A stretch of DNA of 64,000 bases from Raja brachyura. Taxonomy: Eukaryota. Below, piece by piece: positions 23,997 through 35,916 of this stretch. Position 1 is the first letter of the stretch. The number at the start of each line of letters is the position of its first letter. Made by a program: the position numbers and the translations under genes. The notes beneath the pieces were generated by a model. That model was given only the letters and a program-made list of their open reading frames with translations, was not told where the DNA came from and did no database searches. The DNA lies in NCBI GenBank assembly GCA_963514005.1, contig OY740814.1:11656001-11720000 (forward strand), read 5' to 3'.

Positions 23997-24803
23997 AGGA
24001 AAGGGTTGGAGCTTCAAGGTCAAACTGTGCACCATTTGTTCATTTTGTTATCAGGCTTTCAAAGATGTTAGATTCTCTCTCATCTTATCCATGCATTCCT
24101 GCCCCACCAATGTTCACTAAGTCCAAGACTTCATGAATTCTTCCTTTTGTCATGTCCGTACAGGCATAAAGCATTCACACAGCTTGATACCTCCTATTCC
24201 ATGCTCTAAAGTTATTTAGTGGAAGGGAAGTTGCACAAGAAGCTGACTGCTGCTGGAACTCAGTGGGTCAGGTAGCGTTTGGGGAAGATTTCAATTTGAA
24301 GAAGAATCCACCATTTCCCTCCACATATATTGCCTGACCTGCCGCGTTCCTCTGGCAATTTGCTATTTGCTCAGGATTTCAGCATCTTTAAATTCTTGTC
24401 TGCAAAATAACATACAAGTCCAGTTTGCAATTAAAAGTGTATCCCGAGTGTGGAAGAGGAGGATGTACGTAGTTCTGCGATGTTCTGTGGCTTCTTCCCT
24501 ACCACCTAATTCAAAATTTTAAGATTTTTCTTGATTTTACTGGAAGTATATTTTTCATGCGTTCTCTTTATCTTCCTGTGTAGGAAGGAGCTACAGATGA
24601 TCGCTTACATCGAAGATGAAATAGTGGACCACAAGAACACTAATATATTACTGTAATTTTAAAAAAGGCATAAATTAAGTCAATTTAATATTGGCAGTGA
24701 ACAAGTAGTTGAAATAAATTCTAAGTGAAAGCACAAAGCAGCAATTAAAGAGTAATTGGTCACAGTGAGTTATTCCTAGTGATAGATAAGTGGTCGAATC
24801 AAA

Positions 24804-25519
24804 TTTAGTTTTAAGTTTAGTTTATTATTGCCATGTGTATCGATGTACAGTGAAACGCTTTTGTTTGGTGCTATCCAGAGAAAAGACTATACATGAACAC
24901 AATCAAGCCCCCAGTGCACAGGTAAAGGATGAAGGGTACAATATTAAGTGCAAGATATAAAATTAAAGTCCGATAAAGTCTGCTTAAAGATAGTTAGAAG
25001 GTCTCCAATGAGAGCGATGAGAGGTCAGGACTGGACTCTAGCCGATGAGAGGATCGTTCAGTTGCCTGATAACAGCTGGGAAGAAACTGTTCTTGAATCT
25101 GTAGATATGCATTTTCAAACTTCCAAACCCGTAATTGCAGCAAATTATGGACGCAGCCCCGACCATCACACAAACCAACCTCCCTTCCATTGACTCCATT
25201 TATACCTCACAATGCCTCTTCTACATACCTCTTTATACCTCAAACCTGCCTCCAGTTTCTTCCCAGCTGTTATCTGGCAACTGAATCATCCTACCACAAC
25301 TAGAGAACAGCTGTGATCTACTATCTACCGCATTGGAGACCCTCAGACGATCCTTGATCGGACCTTGCTGGCTTTACCTTGCACTAAGCGTTATTCCTTT
25401 ATCATGTATCTCCACTGTAAATGGCTCGATTGTAAACATTTATTGTCTTGCTGCTCACTGGATAGCACGCAACAAAAGCTTTTCACAGTACCTCAGTACA
25501 TGTGACAATAAACTAAACT
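24804..25519. mobile_element. Two oppositely oriented Rex1/L2-like LINE 3' ends (24804-25122 minus, 25130-25519 plus)
   Basis: Ends are reverse complements (agtttattattgccatgtgta..gtacagtgaaacgctttt versus aaaagcttttcacagtacc..tacatgtgacaataaact). The plus part has the ctcccttccattgactccatttatacc..tgcct remnant. Confidence 0.7.
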
Positions 25520-27057
25520 TCTGCACCACGCTGATGGGAAAGGGGTGAAAAGGGAGTGACATAGTTTATGTAATTCCTGCGTTTTTCAGCCAAGGCATGG
25601 AACAGAAGAGCATGGAGAACAAACAAGTGTTTTAAGATACTAGTTAGGCCACAGCTAGAATCCCATGTATAGTTTTGACCAACTCACCACAGAATTGTGA
25701 GCACAAGAGGATTCAGAGGAGATACACAAATATAATAATTTCACTCAAAGAACAATGGGGCTGCAGAATTATTTTAAAGCACAAAAGTGATAATCATATT
25801 TCAAAGATAAGATCTTGAAGAGATGTAACCCTCAAAATGATGAATTCTTTATTATGCTTACACCACCAATATCTCAGTCCCTAATCTAAACTGTAACATC
25901 AGCATCATTAATTTCCATTCACACCCTCCTCCCCAACATTTTCACTTCCTTACAGCATCATATTCTTCCAAACAAATCTTTGTGCTGCCACACACAATAC
26001 CTTATTTATTCATTCCCTTATCTGCCCCACTTCTCAGAATTAATTTACAGGATTTGTTTTGTCCAAAACCTCAAAATCTTTGGTTTCTTTTTAAATGTTA
26101 TTTATCTCTAAATGTTCTTCATTTTCTTTCTGAATTTCACTTTTAATTTAATTTCTTTACTTTTGATGTTCTTCCAAAACTTTTGAGTGTGTTAAGCTCT
26201 CCATCTCTGACTTATGTTTTCCTTTTTTGCCTTATCCTACACTCCAAGCACATCATCTTCCAGGGAGCTTTTTATTTGTAGAGTACCATGGATTTTTTGG
26301 TGGGATGATATTAACCCTGAACTCCTTGGATTTCTTTTTTTAAATACATTCCATTACACCAAGACCAATTTACCTTCTAGTAGCTGTTTCCAGTCCACTT
26401 TGTGACAGCTTTGCCCTAATTCATTGTTCTCCTGGCAATAAAAGATATACATAGCAACATGGAGTCCACACATCAATGCAAGTGACATTCTTCTCCTTGC
26501 CAATATGAAGGAATTCTAAAAGTGCAAGGATATCACTGCTACAACAACCCAAACACGGGTAGATATACATTTCATCCTTTTATATTTATACAGTTACAGG
26601 ATTTGATAGGACAAATAATTAACACAGAAATGGCCAGATAAAGAAAATCACTACAGTTCACCACAGTGCATATCAGAATAGGATAGCAACCATGAAGATA
26701 TGGCCCTGAACGGATTATAACTCAGGAATGTTATCGGAAATCTTGACATGCTTAATAACTACTGAATCATTTTTCAGAAATGCTGAGATGCACACTCTCA
26801 AAAATGACAGACAATATAGATAATATTGCTGACAGTCAAATTGAACATGGATAAATCACCAAGTTTCTATATGATGGTTCTCATTCTTTGTCCTAGTTTA
26901 GGCAGGATGGAAATGATACAAAATTCAAGATATCAAAATAAAATCTCACATGCAGTTGCAATCTGAATAAAGCCAAAATATTAACCGTGCATTCTTCAGA
27001 ATTTGTTTCAGATGCTTGACAAACATTGTGTCAGCACCATGAAAAGCATAAACTTAC

Positions 27058-27122
27058 TTGACATACTGGTATCACCGGATCTCTATTGTATGGTGGAAGA
27101 GAACTCCTCTCTGAAACTTTTC
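27058..27122 (-). CDS. TCF12: TCF12 coding exon (equivalent to human exon 6), (G)KVSERSSLPPYNRDPVIPVCQ
   Basis: 65 bp, acceptor ttttctttctttcaag, donor CAA|gtaagt, phase 1 to 0. Homologous to human [22 protein letters not shown]. Confidence 0.95.
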
Positions 27123-27349
27123 CTTGAAAGAAAGAAAATCCAATTTAGGACAGGAGACTATTAGCGTACAAGATCATCCTGCATTACAGATTAAAGAGAA
27201 TACATATCTTTTGGGCGCTCAAAAATAACAGAACACAGATTAATGACGTTAAATAACGTGACACTATAAAAAGATGGCATTCAGAGAAATCTAAGTGATT
27301 TCATACAACTCATACAAGTAACTAAGAAAATTAACATGCCGGTACTCTA

Positions 27350-27900
27350 AGGCAACAAGAAAAATAAATGGAATTGTGACCTTTCTTGCAAGGGTCAGAG
27401 TATGAGGGCAAGGAACTCCTCAAGGCAGAGTCCACACCATAATTATGCACACAATATTAACCGTCTTATTTTAGCAAAGATACATTGATCTTCAGGTTAA
27501 TTAATTTAAGGGTCACTGGATTTATTCCTAGGATTACAGATTTGACTTCAAGGAACAGAAAGGGTCTATACTGTTGGAGTTTAGAAGATTAAGAGGCGAT
27601 CTCAATGAACACAAGAATCTGAACAAACTTGATAACACGTGTTTACTACGGGTGGGGCAATCTCCAACTAAGGGAATTAGCTTAAGACAAAGGGTTTTTA
27701 GAAGAAAATTATCTTCTCTCAGAGGGCTGTGAATCATCGGAATTTTCTATCCCCGAGGGCTGTGGATGCTCCATTTTTAAGCTGATTCAAGATACATGGG
27801 CAATCGACGAATAGGGTTTTAAAGGGACAGGCCAGAAAATGGAATTGCAGCCAAAGAACAGAGCAGCTATTGTTTTATTGAATAAGACCGCTCACAGAAC
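27350..27900 (+). mobile_element. Degenerate CR1 LINE 3' fragment
   Basis: ggtctatactgttggagtttagaagattaagaggcgatctc (GLY-LEFRRLRGDL remnant) and gctgtgaatc..ggaatttt motif. Confidence 0.7.
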
Positions 27901-28734
27901 TGTTGTCCTCAAATTATATAAGCTATTTATATAATAATTTGACTTTATAACATTGCGAAATTAAATTTTTAATGAGTATCACTACAGACAAAAAACACCA
28001 ATGAATAACCAGATGGGTAATTTAAACTATTTTTTAGGAAATGGGGAGAAATAGTTTTTAGAAGAAACACATTTGACAAAAGGAACAATCTATTTATTTA
28101 AGATGTTAAAGTTTTTAAACCTACATCATAAAGTTCAAGAACCGTTGGAACTTGAAAGTGTAATACAGGCTGCTTCTACAAATGTGAAACGTACAATCAG
28201 TTTGTAAAAACTATAAATTCAAAGCTGCAAATAAAATCCTCAAACTTAAATCAGTTTTTGCAGGCCATAGAACCACTGGCACACTGAATAAACATGTTTA
28301 CATTTGTGCACCTTTAGGTTTTTTTAATCAATAAAAACTAACCCCATAGGACTCAATCAAACTTTATTTTTTATCGGGATTTCCCCATGTTCTGCATTAT
28401 AAATATACCATTCTCTCAGTACATTTTCCATATATGGGACAGTTTGCAATATTTTGAACATCTATTTGTGTAAACATTCATCCCAGTGATTTAAAAAAAA
28501 GGCCACAAGGACTCAAACCTGATGAGAGAGATTCAATGTATTAGCAGCAGGACAGCCACAAATAAAGATAACCACATATGCAAGATTGGAAAAGGAACCG
28601 GAAGCTGGAAATGACCAATTGCTTGGAAAGCCAGATGCCAAGCAAGGGTTGAGCTATTTTTCTTTCTTCAAGAAATAATTCTATTTTAAAGAATGAATCA
28701 TAGAAATGTGTCCTAGCCAGCAAACAAAACTGAG

Positions 28735-29425
28735 CTCAGGTAGTTTATCATACACCAGGGTGCAACAACATTCCTTGTTGACAAGAAGCTTAGAGTAAAG
28801 AGTATACATATAACAACAAATAAATGAATGCAAAACAGCAGAATTGTGTAAGATTATTGTGCAAAAACAGTCTTGTCCAAAAGAATATAAAAATACAATA
28901 ACTGAGTAACCAAATGATTTAGAATTAACAGTAAAAGCACATGGCAGAGCCCCGGGAATGGGATGTGAAAGAGGTATTTTTTTAGTTTAGTTTAGAGATA
29001 CAGCTAAGAAACAGGCCTTTCGGCCCAACGTGTATGATCCCCGCACACCAACACTATCCTACACACACTAGGGACAATTTACATACACACCAAGCCAAAT
29101 AACCTACAAACCTGTACGTCTTTGGTGTGGGAGGTAACCGAAGATCTCGGAGAAAACCCACACAGGTCATCGGTGAACTTAAAAGATTGAGTTGTTGTTG
29201 TACATGGCCATAAAGATATGGCTGCATGGGCGAAGAACAAGGGATCTAGCACACATCCCAGTGGGGTACAAGTATGCAGCATCAATGTGGAGGAAATGGC
29301 ATGACTAATTTGAACTTACTGAGGCCTAGGGTCAAAAAGTCTAGAACTGATGGCAGATGGAGAGTCCAAGGCCAAGATTCAGAGGTTTAGGGATTAGCTT
29401 ACTTGGTGTAATAGTGACGAAGAAT
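28735..29425 (-). mobile_element. Rex1/L2-like LINE remnant interrupted by an HE1-like SINE 3' part (28982-29170, minus)
   Basis: Minus ORF has PLGCVLDPLFF and FKFTDD RT motifs. The SINE has a (tttag)n tail and body matching 47990-48130 in reverse. Confidence 0.7.
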
Positions 29426-30231
29426 GAGTTGTAGTCAATGAATAGTATTCTGACATTGGTTCACCTACGATCTTGTTGTCAAGGTGATCCACAGTTGAAT
29501 ACAGTTCAAGAGAGATTGCATCCTCTACAGAACTATTATTCCTCTACTCGAATTGCAAGAGGTTCAAAACATGAAAATCTATACAAAATGGTGAAAGGAT
29601 GGAATGGAAGAAAACAGAGGGAATTATTTAAATGCAAACGAATAGCATACTTCTTTGTTTTTCTATTTCCGAGATGTATAGCTAAATAAACTCATGAATA
29701 TTTAAAAGATCTCTCACCCCTCCTTTCTCACTATAAAGATACAAGAAATACTTTTCATACAATCTCCTATGTTATATAATTTCCTGTATATCTGCACACC
29801 ATTCCTCCAAAATTCTCCACCAAAAAAACCCAGCTTAAAAGGACCGACAAAACAAATAAACAAAATGAGCCATTTGTGATTGCATTTGCCTAAAATTAGC
29901 TATTTTAACTTAAATCATGAACAATGTGATACATACCTATTAAGAACAAAAATATTCGAGGCATTCATTATGTAAGACGGCCAGGTATAAATAGAACTTA
30001 AATTCAGAATTCAAACGGAAATATTTAAGCATTTAGAATTCATATTAACGTCACTTAAACCAATGAAGCTGACTTCATAATAATTATACTGATACCGCAA
30101 TTTTCAAAACTGCTTCTCGATCATAATAGAAATTTATATTTCCTTAGATGATTCAATGAAAAATAAATGATTTATTTGGCACAATATTCTGCCTCATTTC
30201 TGAAGTGACTAAAATCAAAAGTGCCACAAGA

Positions 30232-30323
30232 CTTTAGAGATACAACGTGGCCCACCGATTCCATGCCGACCAGGGATAACCCTGCACTCTTGCACTATCC
30301 TCCACACTAGGGACAATTTACAA
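30232..30323 (-). mobile_element. HE1-like SINE 3' fragment
   Basis: tttagagataca..gtgg..cactatcctccacactagggacaatttaca matches 28995-29082. Confidence 0.65.
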
Positions 30324-30923
30324 TATTGAATGCATGCACAGAGTGTGAAGAATTACGTAGGTGAGATTTAGCAAGGAGCCATGGATATATACAGCAGAAA
30401 AGGTAAACAAACTTTCTCACAGAGAGAGAGAGAGGAAACAAATCAGGAGAGCAAATTAAATAAATTCCTTTGAATGAGACCTGCAAAGAGGTCACCTTCA
30501 TTTCCCTTAATTAAACAATGCTATTTAATTATTCAAATAGGTATAATTTTGGAATTCACCAAAGGCATGAACCAGGGTCACTTTAGCAGTTCAAGTTTGC
30601 ATCGAAGAAAGAAAAACTCATATTCAAAAGCATCATATCAGTGTAAGTGTTTCTAAAGGCTTCTCACAACCAGCTGGACCTTTGAATATGGTCATTTGTT
30701 GTTTGCATACCTCTTTGTTGGTTATGTCGAACAGTCCTTGTTCCAAACACACACTGGGACCTGATGAAGGTTCTCGACCCGAAACGTCACCTATTCCTTA
30801 TCTCCAGAAATGCTGCCTGACCGGCTGAGTTACTCCAGCATTTTGAGTTTATCCCCTCAACTCTTTCTCCACTACATTAACGACTACATTGGAGCTGCCT
30901 GCTACACCTGTCCAGAACTTATT

Positions 30924-30965
30924 GATTGGTCTGAAGAAGGGTCTCGACCCGAAACGTCGCCTATC
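30924..30965 (+). ncRNA. Predicted minimal type I hammerhead ribozyme
   Basis: CUGAAGA (30931-30937), extra A, stem II GGGU-CUCG-ACCC, GAAA, CG, UC. Predicted cut after C30958. Helix I gattggt/gcctatc. Confidence 0.78.
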
Positions 30966-31023
30966 TCCTTCGCTCCTTAGATGCTGCTGCACCCGCTGAG
31001 TTTCTCCAGCTTTTTGTGTAACC
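30928..31023 (+). mobile_element. Young 96-bp Penelope-pLTR-derived insertion
   Basis: TSD cttattgatt (30918-30927, 31024-31033). Confidence 0.9.
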
Positions 31024-32501
31024 CTTATTGATTTCATTTATCACTAACTTCCACCCTGCCCTCAAATTCACTTGGACTATCTGACAACTCTTCCCCAGTC
31101 ACAGGGCACAGACTATTGACTGATGTCTACTACAAACCCACCGACTCACACACCTCCTCTCACCCGTATCTTGCTAAGACGCCATCCCCTACCCTTAAAT
31201 TCTCCGTGTCTGCTGCATCAGCTCCCAAGATGAGGCTTTGCATTCCAGGACATCAGAGATATCCTCTTTCTTTGGTAATGTGTTCCCCCATATTGTCATA
31301 GACGGACCCCTTACCCGCATCTCCTCCGGGTTGCGTAGTTCTGCTCTCGCTTCCCGCTCTCCCCAGATGGAATAAGATTTTTGTCTCTAACCTTAGTCCC
31401 ACCATCTGCCTACGATACCATCTGTATCCACCTAATCCAAAGCCAGTCTTTAACCCGGCCCTCCTCTCTTCTTCCCCCACCCCCACCACAATCAGTCTGA
31501 AGAAGGGTCCCAACCCAAAACATCACCTATCCATGTTCTTCAGAGATGCTGCCTGACCTGTTGAGTTACTGCAGCACTTTGTGTCTTTAGCTGAAATGTC
31601 ACCTAATTTTCAGCAAAATCTTGGGTTATTGTTGGGTTTTATTTCTGTACGTAATGAGTACAAACACCAGATTAGTATTCTGAACTTTCAGGTCGGATTT
31701 CTTCAAATGGTATTTACATTCAGTATCTGCAATAGAACTGGTTTCATGAGATATGCTTCTGCAAAAGGCTATATTTTCCTGCATTTCACACGGGAACAGT
31801 TTGTTCCTACCTTTGCACTTCTACAGAGTGGCTTTTAAAGAGTGCTACATAAATCAGAAACATGGGGATGTTAAAGGAACTCTAGCCAAAAAATAAAAAT
31901 AATTTAATTTTAAATGTTGGGTAAATTGCACAAGAGTTGAGGAATGCAGGGGTCATAGACTATTGAGGGCGTTGGATTTATACAGGGACAAAGCTATGGA
32001 GAGATCTGGATAACATAAAAAAGCAGAATTTTAAAATAATTGAACAGAAAGCCAATACTGTACAAGGGAAAATGGCAAAGGACACATGGCTGGGTATCAG
32101 ATTTATCCAAATTTCCAATTTACAACAGCTGCAATCAAAAATTACTTTAAGAAAGATAAATACTGCTTTGATTGTGCAACTGAAAATCTTATTTTGTGAA
32201 GTACTTGTGTAAGCCCTCTGGTGGCAAGTAAAATATTCCATAAGGAACAATTCTGTGTTCAAGTGGTGCTTTCAGAACATTCTTCATCTGTTAAAATGTA
32301 AAAATCCCAGTGGCAGTATACAGGTTGTAACTGAATGGTCTTAAAAACAGCGATTGAGGTTCCAAATCCCACCAGTTAGGTAAAATCATTAGGCTCCGTC
32401 TGATTAATAATTTAGCTAATTAGGCAAAATGAGCACTATTGCAATATTAACAAATTACACAATAGATTTGAACCACATTGTGGTGAATTCCACAAATCCA
32501 C

Positions 32502-32742
32502 CACACACAGAGAGTGGTGAATCTGTGGAATTCTCTGCCACAGAAGGTAGTTGAGGCAAGTTCATTGGCTATATTTAAGAGTGAGTTAGATGCGGCCCTT
32601 GCGGCTAAAGGGATCAGGGGGTATGGAGAGAAGGCAAGTACAGGATACCGAGTTGGATGATCAGCCATGATCATATTGAATAGCTGTGCAGGCTCGAAGG
32701 GCCGAATGGCCTACTCCTGCACCTATTTTCTATGTTTCTATG
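32502..32742 (+). mobile_element. CR1 (HER1-like) LINE 3' end
   Basis: Reverse complement of 1106-1345 at high identity, ending ttctatgtttctatg. Confidence 0.92.
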
Positions 32743-33459
32743 AACTGTTGCAAATGGAACATTCTAGCATAATTGGCCTGCGAAGTATTCAATTCCCAGT
32801 AAGCAGATAAAACTACAATTCCACAAACTCGGTATCCAAACCTAGCAAAAAAGCAACATTCCATTGTTGATTGATTTCAGATATATATTTATTAATAATC
32901 TTTTTATTAGAAGCATATGCATATCATAATCAAAACATTTTGTTTATCAATTTAAGATAAATATAATAAATGCTTTTGTTGCAAAATGGAAGTAGTAATG
33001 ACACAAATGTTGAACCAACAGCTTAAGGAAGCAAAGTCAAAAAGGCGGAGGAAAAACACAAGGACCAAAATAATGGCTTAATTCAGATCAGCATTCGCCA
33101 GAAATTTACAAATAGATCCAAAATTTTCTTTAAAATAACACAATGCAGTCAAAATGAGAAAACGGACCTGAATTCAGTACTCATTTGAACCCCATACATC
33201 ACAAGCTGTGTTCTGTTTGACTTCATTGCTATCACCCAGAAGATTAGCATGCCATAATTGGTCTCGGGTGTTCTGGAGGATGAAAAACCAGAGGTAAGCA
33301 AGGTGGCTTGCTCTCAATTGTCAACTTTAGTCCCACTGCAGTGTTGTCCTTTAGTCCCACTGCAATCAACTATTCACCTAACTACTGGATCATACAAATG
33401 GCCAAGATTACTTAATGACCAGAGCTTTGCATCAAATATAGAGCACAGAAACAGGGTGA

Positions 33460-33501
33460 TTAGCCAAACAGCCCTTGTGTTTAGCCAAACAGCCCTTGTG
33501 T
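33460..33501 (+). repeat. 21-bp perfect tandem duplication
   Basis: ttagccaaacagcccttgtgt x2, adjoining the next insertion. Confidence 0.9.
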
Positions 33502-33507
33502 TTATGA

Positions 33508-33589
33508 GTCAGAAGAAGGGTCTCGACCCTAAACGTCACCCATTCCTTCTCTCCTGTCCTGCTGAGTTACTCCAGCTTTTTGTGTCTAT
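33508..33589 (+). mobile_element. 82-bp Penelope-pLTR-derived insertion (hammerhead core mutated)
   Basis: TSD cttgtgtttatga (33495-33507, 33590-33602); core reads gtcagaagaagggtctcgaccctaaacgtc. Confidence 0.88.
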
Positions 33590-33796
33590 CTTGTGTTTAT
33601 GATCCATTGGATAGTTTTGGTTTCTGTTGCCAAACAGTGCGATCTTCTATTTACTACTTACTATTTACTGAGCTTTCCCTGAAACGTCATTCCATGTTCT
33701 CGCAATTATGAATAACATTTCTGCTGAGCTGTTATTTGGATTTCTTATCTTCTTAGGAAAATTAGATTAAAATGTATTCTGGGGAAACTATGCAGA

Positions 33797-33896
33797 GGTC
33801 TGAAGAAGGGTGTCGACCCGAAACATCACCTACTCCTTTTCTCCAGAGATGCTGTCTGACCTGCTAAGTTACTCCAGCTTTTTATGTCTATCTTCA
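33797..33896 (+). mobile_element. Penelope-pLTR-derived short element with hammerhead core
   Basis: ggtctgaagaagggtgtcgacccgaaacatcacc...ctccagagatgctg..agttactccagc. Confidence 0.85.
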
Positions 33897-34906
33897 AATA
33901 TCTAATCACTACCCTAGTGGTAAATTGGACAAAGGTTTCTGGATGAAAGAGTCACACAATTTATCCATTCTGCAATTTAACTTTAATTCTCAAAAATATT
34001 CCAACCCTACTTCTATCTATAGCGGAGATGTTAACTGCCTTTTGCCAAAAACCACAGCTGCTGGACGAATCAATTCCATGCCAAATTACTCATTCAGCCA
34101 TGAACAATGGGAAAGCAGAGCAGGGGAAAATAACAACTACAACATACAGCATTAACAATAAACTAAAGGATCCCTGCAGAGATCAATGACAAAACAAGTT
34201 TTCAACCACAATCACTATTTCAACCTAACCTTTAGATGATCACCTATAAACTCCGCCCCTCCAAATGATTCTGATGCCAATGACAATCAATGCTCACAGT
34301 ACATGCAATTATCTTGATTTTAATTTTGAATTGCTAATATTACCTTTGCATTAGCATTTTTAACTAAACTCTGCAATAAATAGGATGAGCCAATGTGCAA
34401 AATTAGTTTGTACTTGATTGTTTTGTGAACCACATATTGCTCATTTTTTCCCTCAAATTTCAAAAACTCATGTGTTGCCAACAGCTTGATTGCACAGCCC
34501 AGCGCATAGGCAATCACAATTGATGTTTGTACTACACCTCAGGCACATCCAGTGCCCTCCATAATGTTTGGGACAAAGACCCATCATTTAATTATTTGCC
34601 TCTGTACTCTACAATTTGAGATTTGTAATAGAAAAAAAAACATGTGGTTAAAGTGCACATTGTCAGATTTTATTAAAGGCCATTTTTATACATTTTGGTT
34701 TCATCATGTAGAAATTACAGCTGTGTTTATACAGTCCCCCCATTTCAGGGCACCATAATGTTTGGGACACATGGCTTCACAGGCATTTGTAATTGCTCAG
34801 ATGTGTCTAATTGCCTCCTTAATGCAGGTACAAGAGAGCTCTCAGCACCTAGTCTTTCCTTCAGTCTTTCCATCACCGTTGGAAACTTTTATTGCTGTTT
34901 ATCAAA

Positions 34907-35916
34907 ATGAGGACCAAAGTTGTGCCAATGAAAGTTAAAGAAGCCATTATGAGAATGAGAAACAAGAATAAAACTGTTAGAGACATCAGCAAACCTTAGG
35001 CTTATCAAAATCAACTGTTTGGCACATCATTAGGAAGAAAGAGAGCACTGGTGAGCTTACTAATCGCAAAGGGACTTGCAGGCCAAGGAAGACCTCCACA
35101 GAAGATGACAGAAGAATTCTCTCTATAATTTAAAAAAATCCCCAAACACCTGTCCGACAGATCAGAAACACTCTTCAGGAGTCGGGTGTTGATTGGTCAA
35201 TGACCACTGTTCTCAGAAGACTTGATGAACAGAAATACAGAGGCTACACTGCAAGATGCAAACCACTGGTTAGCCGCAATAATAGGGTGGCCAGGTTACA
35301 GTTTGCCAAGAAGTACTTAAAAAAAGAGCAACCACAGTTCTAGAAAAAGGTCTTGTGGACAGATGAAGATTAACTTATATCAGAGTGATGGCAAGAGCAA
35401 AGTATGGAGGAGAGAGGGAACTGTCCAAGATCTAAAGCATACCACCTCATCTGTGAAACACGATGGTGGGGGTGTTGTTATGGCCTGGGCATGTTTGGCT
35501 GCTGGAGGTACTAGCTCACTTATCTTCATTGATGATACAACTGCTGATGGTAGTAGCATAATGAATTCTGAAGTGTATAGGCACATCCCATCTACTCAAG
35601 TTCAACCAAATGCCTCAAAACTCATTGGCCGGTGGTTCATTCTACAGCAAGACGATGCAAAGCAACAAAGGAGTTTTTCAAAGTTAAAAAATGGTCAATT
35701 CTTGAGTGGCCAAGTCAATCCCCTATCTGAACCCAATTGAGCATGACTTTGAAATGCTGAAGAGAAAACTGAAGGGTACTAGCCCCCGAAATAAAGCACA
35801 AGCTAAAGATGGCTACAATACATGCCTGGCAGAGCATCACCAGAGAATACACCCAGCAACAGGTGATGTCCATGAATCGCAGACTTCAAGCAGTCATTGT
35901 ACAAAATACTAAACAT
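34907..35916 (+). pseudogene. Tc1 transposase pseudogene
   Basis: MRTKVVPMKVKEAI..., paired-like HTH, RPRKT, VLWTDE, VKHDGGGVVMAWAC, ILQQD, WPSQS and LNPIE motifs, with frameshifts and stop codons. Confidence 0.93.

Larger units (their letters stand above)
30759..31590 (+). mobile_element. Decayed Penelope-like element (RT remnant between two pLTR-like segments), interrupted by a younger short copy
   Basis: LHYINDYIGAA (YIDD-like), TNFHPALKFTW and TDVYYKPTDSH RT remnants. pLTR-like segments at 30759-30847 and 31490-31590. Confidence 0.8.
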
